Assembly (NCBI GenBank): GCA_028280485.1
Contig: JANQLS010000042.1
Span: 6,772-70,771 of the forward strand
From: Planctomycetota bacterium
GTDB lineage: Bacteria > Planctomycetota > UBA8108 > JACQVS01
DNA length: 64,000 bases
Direction of reading: 5' to 3'
Part shown: positions 59,380-64,000 of the stretch, one piece after another
Layout of the letters: the number at the start of each line of letters is the position of its first letter
How positions within the stretch are numbered: position 1 is the first letter of the stretch
Program-made: the position numbers and the translations under genes
Notes under the pieces: generated by a model
Seen by the model: only the letters and a program-made list of their open reading frames with translations
What the model was told of the DNA's origin: nothing
Database searches by the model: none

Positions 59380-62208
59380 TCACGGAGTAATATAAGTCCC
59401 CGCTGAACCCTGAAGATTTCCGTCGGCGTCCAACCATGAATCTAGGATGACTCCGTTGGTGGGGTCGGCTAACTTTTCGAGAAGCGTCGCGCCTAAGGGA
59501 CCCGACATGTTGGGATCTAAGGCACCGTCTCTTAGGTTGGGACCGACACCCGGATTAAGAAGCGGGTGATTGTTCGAACCATTCGAAACACCGCTGGATT
59601 CGACCAATCGATCTAAGTCGAAACGGACGGTTGATTGGAAGGTCGCTTGGTCGAAGCGATCTTGAGGTGACAATGGATTCGGCAAGTTACAACCGACTCG
59701 ATTATCGTTGTCGTCCAAGGGATTCACCGCACAACCGTTTTCATCTACTAAGAACAATCCCGTTCCTAAGCCCGCCGCCATGTGAACGAAGAATGGCGAA
59801 TTCAACTGGTTACCGGGATTCGCTCCGATATGAGTTTGGAGTAAAGTGAAATCCAAGTTGCCATAGTTGTCATTCTCTAAGGCATCACGGAAGGTGTTGT
59901 ACTCTGTTCCCCAATTTGCGATGGCATCGGTCGTCAAGTGACAAGAAACACAGTAACGAGGTCCTTCAAAGTCGGTGTCCACTTTTCCTCGAATACTGTG
60001 AGGCATCAAAGCGTTATGACTCAACGAAGGATGCGTGTTTCTTGGAGCCGTGTCATTACTTCCTTGCTGATTACGGTCACTGAAGGTGAATCGCTTCGAG
60101 AAGACTCCATTTCGGTCGCGATACTCGAAGAACGTTTCGGTATTGGCTGCGATCGGTGAAATCTTGTTGTGAGCGTCGATCCCCAATTGGAAGGGGACTG
60201 GAGACTGATAAACGAAATCAGCATTCGCTTGGCGGAAGACGATACGTTCACCGGTGATGTTACTGAAGTTGTTCCCGTTGTTGTATTCCCCACCCAAGTG
60301 ACAACCGATACAACTGTTCGTCCAAGAGGCGTGGCAAGAGACGCAACTCATATTGTCGGAGTGACTGAATCCAGCAGTCACGCCACCCGCTTGTTGAGGG
60401 CCTAAACCCGTATTGGGATCTCCATCCGCACGCCCCATGGCGTACGATGCTTTTTCGTTGTAAACCGCTTCGTTAGTAAAGGGATTCACTTTACCGTTGT
60501 TGACCACCACATCGCGAGTTTGCGAAATGTAGTGTTCTTTCCCGGTTAAACGACTCTTGAGGATATAGTTTCCATTTGTGTCAACTCGAACATGTCGTAG
60601 GGGATTTCCCTCAGAGTCGGTAGCCACCGTCGTGATCTGCCCGTCGTAGGTTCTTCCTGTCGTCGTCGAGGCGTAAGAAGAAATCGTTCCGTGACAGCTT
60701 TCACACTTGATCGCCACGCCTTGTTCTTGGCGGCTGTAGATGTTGTTGTCGTTTTGATTACCGACTTCACCACCGTGGAGATCGTGACTACCGTGACAGT
60801 CGATACAACCCATACCCGCTTCGTAGTGAACGTCAGGAGGAGTATCGTCTCGGCCATCGCCATCGTAATCTTCCGTTAAGATATATTGATGAGGGTTACG
60901 GCCGTTAAAGGTTTGATTGTTGACTACGGGGTCAAACAAACGGGTATCTAAAGCAGTGTTTTGATAAGTGACAGGATTGGTGGGGTACTGAACTCTTCTT
61001 CTGAGATCTTGATTCTGATCTAAGCGAATTCCCCAAAACTGCATGACTGTACGGTTCGATCCCTGGTGACAACCCGCACAAGTGTAATCATCCATTCCCT
61101 GAACGGTTTCACCCGTGGTCAGAGTGGTGGCGACACTCGTAATCAAGTGACGTTTAACGTGGGGACGTTCCGGAGCCCGAATGTCATCCGGATCCAAGGG
61201 TTCAAACTTATTGATATTGGGGTCCGTACTCGTACTTCGGCCATCCAAAGCGTAGCGCATGTGACACGCCGTACAACCCGATGATCTAAAGTCTCCGTAA
61301 CGATTGTTGGCACCCGCAGAACCTAAGTGACAATCTCCACAAGTGAACGCGATTTGTTCGTGGTAAAGATTGGCCAAAGGTGAGTTGGCGTTAACGGTTC
61401 CATCCGCGTTTTGGCCGGCGGGTAAATTCGGTGAATCGTATGCAGGATTGTTAAAGATATCATTCGGACCCGTGGCGCCTCTCACACTGAAGACGGGGAA
61501 CTCTATAAGTTCACCTACCGCACCGATATTCGTAGCTGAAAAAGTGAATGAAGAATTAACGACTGCGCGGAAGGCTAAATCAGCGGCGGTATCTTGGAAC
61601 AGGTTTCGGTTCGCTGTGATGTGGTTCTCCACTCCGATCGCGTACATCGCACCTGAAAGCACGCCGGCTTCGGTTGCTAACAAACTCTTCGAAACGCTGT
61701 CACAGTGTGAATTATGACACCCACCACAAGACTTCCCTTGAGTGACCACTCTCAAATCACCGGGGTTGATGAACTGAAGGTAATCGAGAGCGGTATAAAG
61801 TTTACCGTTGTGATTGTAGTCGGGGAATTTATCGATACCGGTTAAGGTCAATCGATTGAAATAAGCGTGGGCGTTTGTCGCTTGCCGGTTCTCATCCCCA
61901 ATTTCGGGCGGTGGAGGAACGTGAGCGAGTTCGGCAGTCGTGGCGTTGGGATCTCCACCATGACAAGTCGTACACTTCAAAGTAGCAGCTCCGGCAAAGG
62001 GGTGAGGATTCTCGATCCCCCCTCCCAAATAATCATCGTGAGATGATTGGTTGTGGCAGTTCATACAAGATTCTGCCGTGCTCGAGTTCGCAAAAACGAT
62101 CCCCGAGCTCGATGAAGATGATGATCCGCCGGATCCTCCGCAACCGTTGAGCAAGAGGAGTGCCAGACTTAAACTGAATGCAGTGAAGTGTACTTGATAT
62201 TGACTCAT
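59380..62208 (-). CDS. Undecaheme c-type cytochrome lipoprotein (942 aa)
   Basis: Lipobox LLLNGC is followed by a Gly/Ser linker. There are 11 CxxCH motifs (CMNCH, CTTCH, CGGCH, CGDCH, CTACH, CAGCH, CIDCH, CESCH, CVSCH, CIGCH, CVSCH). Confidence 0.85.
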   Translation of the reverse strand: MSQYQVHFTAFSLSLALLLLNGCGGSGGSSSSSSSGIVFANSSTAESCMNCHNQSSHDDYLGGGIENPHPFAGAATLKCTTCHGGDPNATTAELAHVPPPPEIGDENRQATNAHAYFNRLTLTGIDKFPDYNHNGKLYTALDYLQFINPGDLRVVTQGKSCGGCHNSHCDSVSKSLLATEAGVLSGAMYAIGVENHITANRNLFQDTAADLAFRAVVNSSFTFSATNIGAVGELIEFPVFSVRGATGPNDIFNNPAYDSPNLPAGQNADGTVNANSPLANLYHEQIAFTCGDCHLGSAGANNRYGDFRSSGCTACHMRYALDGRSTSTDPNINKFEPLDPDDIRAPERPHVKRHLITSVATTLTTGETVQGMDDYTCAGCHQGSNRTVMQFWGIRLDQNQDLRRRVQYPTNPVTYQNTALDTRLFDPVVNNQTFNGRNPHQYILTEDYDGDGRDDTPPDVHYEAGMGCIDCHGSHDLHGGEVGNQNDNNIYSRQEQGVAIKCESCHGTISSYASTTTGRTYDGQITTVATDSEGNPLRHVRVDTNGNYILKSRLTGKEHYISQTRDVVVNNGKVNPFTNEAVYNEKASYAMGRADGDPNTGLGPQQAGGVTAGFSHSDNMSCVSCHASWTNSCIGCHLGGEYNNGNNFSNITGERIVFRQANADFVYQSPVPFQLGIDAHNKISPIAANTETFFEYRDRNGVFSKRFTFSDRNQQGSNDTAPRNTHPSLSHNALMPHSIRGKVDTDFEGPRYCVSCHLTTDAIANWGTEYNTFRDALENDNYGNLDFTLLQTHIGANPGNQLNSPFFVHMAAGLGTGLFLVDENGCAVNPLDDNDNRVGCNLPNPLSPQDRFDQATFQSTVRFDLDRLVESSGVSNGSNNHPLLNPGVGPNLRDGALDPNMSGPLGATLLEKLADPTNGVILDSWLDADGNLQGSAGTYITP

Positions 62209-62361
62209 TGCGATATTTCCCTCTAAAGGCCGAGATCTATTGCTGCAATAAATTCGCCTGAGAGGCTCGAATGATTTAATTCCTGAAGAGGCTTAAACTT
62301 AATTTTTTGAATCCCATTCCAATGCCAGGTAATTTCTCCCTAGGTGAGGTTTATTTGCTCA

Positions 62362-64000
62362 CTACCATTTAAATGTTAGGGCTAAATCCATAGCGAAAAA
62401 GGCGTCCTCATCGGTGAAGGTCATCTGACCTCCGCCACTGAACATCCATGACTTTGAGATGAGCCACTGACCTCTCAACTGAACATCGGTCACATAAAGA
62501 TCTTCCGTTTCTTCAGTAAAGAAGGTCTCTCCTCCCAAAGAGAAACTGGTGTACCTCACCGCAATCGATGGTTGAAGAAATAGAGAGTGCTTCACAACGG
62601 GAACGTGAGCTGAGATCCTAACTCCAGCTCCACGATCCCCGATACCCTCCAAGCTAAAGAGTGATATGGTGTAGCTTCCGTCTTCAAAATAAGGGAGGCC
62701 GCGATGGTTCAAGCTGATTAACCAGCGAACACCATCTTCGTACTCACTGTCGATGAATCCGATCTCTTCGGACAATCTCCAATTTTTACTCAATTGATGA
62801 TCAGCGCCGATCCAGATTCTTAAAAATTCATCGGTGAGTACTTCTAAGTCATCAAAGTCTTCATGACGAAGAAGGGTGCGCTCGGCTTCAGTATCGGGGC
62901 GTTCGAAGCGATCCCAGCCCCCTCTGAGAGTAAAACTGTCATTGACAGGATAGCTCGCTAAAACATCCCAACGAGTTAATCGAGGTCCGTTTCTGACTTC
63001 CGTATTTCCTATATCGAGATCGAGCTCAGCCGTACTGAAGACATCCAATTTTCCCCAACGTATTTTGGAGTCATTGAGAAGAGCTAAACGATCGGCCTGT
63101 CCTTCATACAAACTAAAAAGAAGTCCTGTAGTGGAAGAGAAATGGTTCTCATCGGGAGAGGATCCTTGGTAGTAAGTGATGTAAGGAGCGACCGAAGGTT
63201 CATCCGCTGTCGGATCTAAGGTTCTTCGATCGGGCTTAAACCCGACGACTCCACCGACTCTCCATTGATCATCGATAACCTTTTCCCCCTGAGCGCCGTC
63301 GATAAATCCGATCGAGGGAAGCTCTCTGGGAATGAAACGACCGAAGACGACTCGACTGTGATCGTCGAAGCGTCTTGAAAAGGCAAAGCGGTAAAGTTCG
63401 AAGCGGAGCTCTTCGTGATCGTGAAGATGGTTAAAACCGTCGCCTCCACGAAAACCGAGGTCTCCCGACCATTCCAAGGTCCAAGGAGTCGATTCGATGC
63501 GTTCTAAGCTTCCCGAGGATCTCACTCGAGTGCTCGAGATCTCTCGATTTCCTTCTAATGGACCGCCAAATAAATGCAGCACCGTGATCCGGCCGTGAAA
63601 GATATTTCGTGCATCGGTTGAAACTCGTGCTTCTTCAGTTCCAGGTCGAACCAAAAGAGGGATGAAGGTTTCATCGGGACTGTTTTGATCTTTAAGAGTA
63701 GGTGAACGCTCTCCTTCTGGAGGAACGTACTTGTCGGATTTGGTGTATGACAAGACGTAACGTTTTCCCTTCTCTGGGAACTTGGGATTGTTCTTAGAGA
63801 GAAACCGTAGGAAGGCTGTTCGCTGAGTCACTTCTTCGATCTTAACTCTCGCGACCCGATCACCGTCTTGGATCACCCAAGCTGATGTATTCGCTTTGAG
63901 GCCTTGATCGCTTCCCAAATCTACGTAAACCCCGTAGGACGTTTCGTAGAGAACTCCACACTCTGCTTCTTCCGAATACCCGAATGAAGGAATGAATAAA
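62362..64000 (-). CDS. Predicted outer-membrane beta-barrel protein, 5' end beyond the window
   Basis: The reading frame stays open from the listed TTG at 63918 to base 64000. Alternating amphipathic strands run through the C-terminal 350 aa, and the terminal motif is LALTFKW (aromatic last residue). Confidence 0.6.
   Translation of the reverse strand, partial: LFIPSFGYSEEAECGVLYETSYGVYVDLGSDQGLKANTSAWVIQDGDRVARVKIEEVTQRTAFLRFLSKNNPKFPEKGKRYVLSYTKSDKYVPPEGERSPTLKDQNSPDETFIPLLVRPGTEEARVSTDARNIFHGRITVLHLFGGPLEGNREISSTRVRSSGSLERIESTPWTLEWSGDLGFRGGDGFNHLHDHEELRFELYRFAFSRRFDDHSRVVFGRFIPRELPSIGFIDGAQGEKVIDDQWRVGGVVGFKPDRRTLDPTADEPSVAPYITYYQGSSPDENHFSSTTGLLFSLYEGQADRLALLNDSKIRWGKLDVFSTAELDLDIGNTEVRNGPRLTRWDVLASYPVNDSFTLRGGWDRFERPDTEAERTLLRHEDFDDLEVLTDEFLRIWIGADHQLSKNWRLSEEIGFIDSEYEDGVRWLISLNHRGLPYFEDGSYTISLFSLEGIGDRGAGVRISAHVPVVKHSLFLQPSIAVRYTSFSLGGETFFTEETEDLYVTDVQLRGQWLISKSWMFSGGGQMTFTDEDAFFAMDLALTFKW

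Noticed and set aside
1-64000. Search by eye for tRNA, rRNA, tmRNA or RNase P genes in intergenic regions
   Set aside because: I saw no cloverleaf-compatible sequence or conserved T-loop context. All larger intergenic regions are accounted for by repeat elements. A tRNAscan or Infernal run would be needed to be certain.

Overview
This 64-kb chromosomal window carries about 44 protein-coding genes. I found no rRNA, tRNA, CRISPR array, transposase or integrase. Four formylglycine-type sulfatases, three very large secreted proteins ending in dockerin-like EF-hand repeats, FG-GAP/VCBS propellers and a BlaI/BlaR1-type pair suggest a marine polysaccharide-degrading member of the PVC group (Planctomycetota, Verrucomicrobiota or Lentisphaerota). 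That placement is inference only.

Recognisable housekeeping genes are gnd and ettA. Accessory content includes:
- a sulfated-sugar utilisation cluster (2 sulfatases, a DapA-like aldolase, an RbsABC-like transporter and a serine hydrolase)
- two ABC-2 exporter sets and an Nramp-like transporter
- a tandem pair of sulfatase paralogues
- a CotH-kinase mega-protein
- an 1839-aa exported FG-GAP protein carrying a dikinase-like (His-swivel plus ATP-grasp) module
- an 11-heme lipoprotein cytochrome next to a beta-barrel gene

The most unusual signal is non-coding. Almost every intergenic region is built from at least four families of palindromic repeats.
- GTAG-headed REP hairpins usually sit just after stop codons.
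- An AGCCCGAAGCG...CGAGGG palindrome family has loops ranging from a few bp to about 100 bp.
- A roughly 100-nt three-hairpin element is present in three copies.
- A roughly 353-bp non-coding unit with a 22-bp-stem GGCAAGAAAAT hairpin forms a 3.3-copy tandem array at 48.9-50.0 kb. It recurs as a spacer between small orphan genes at 55.5-56.8 kb, where it abuts a truncated LRR gene copy.

All coordinates of repeats and domains are read by eye and may be off by a few bases. Nothing could be searched against databases.
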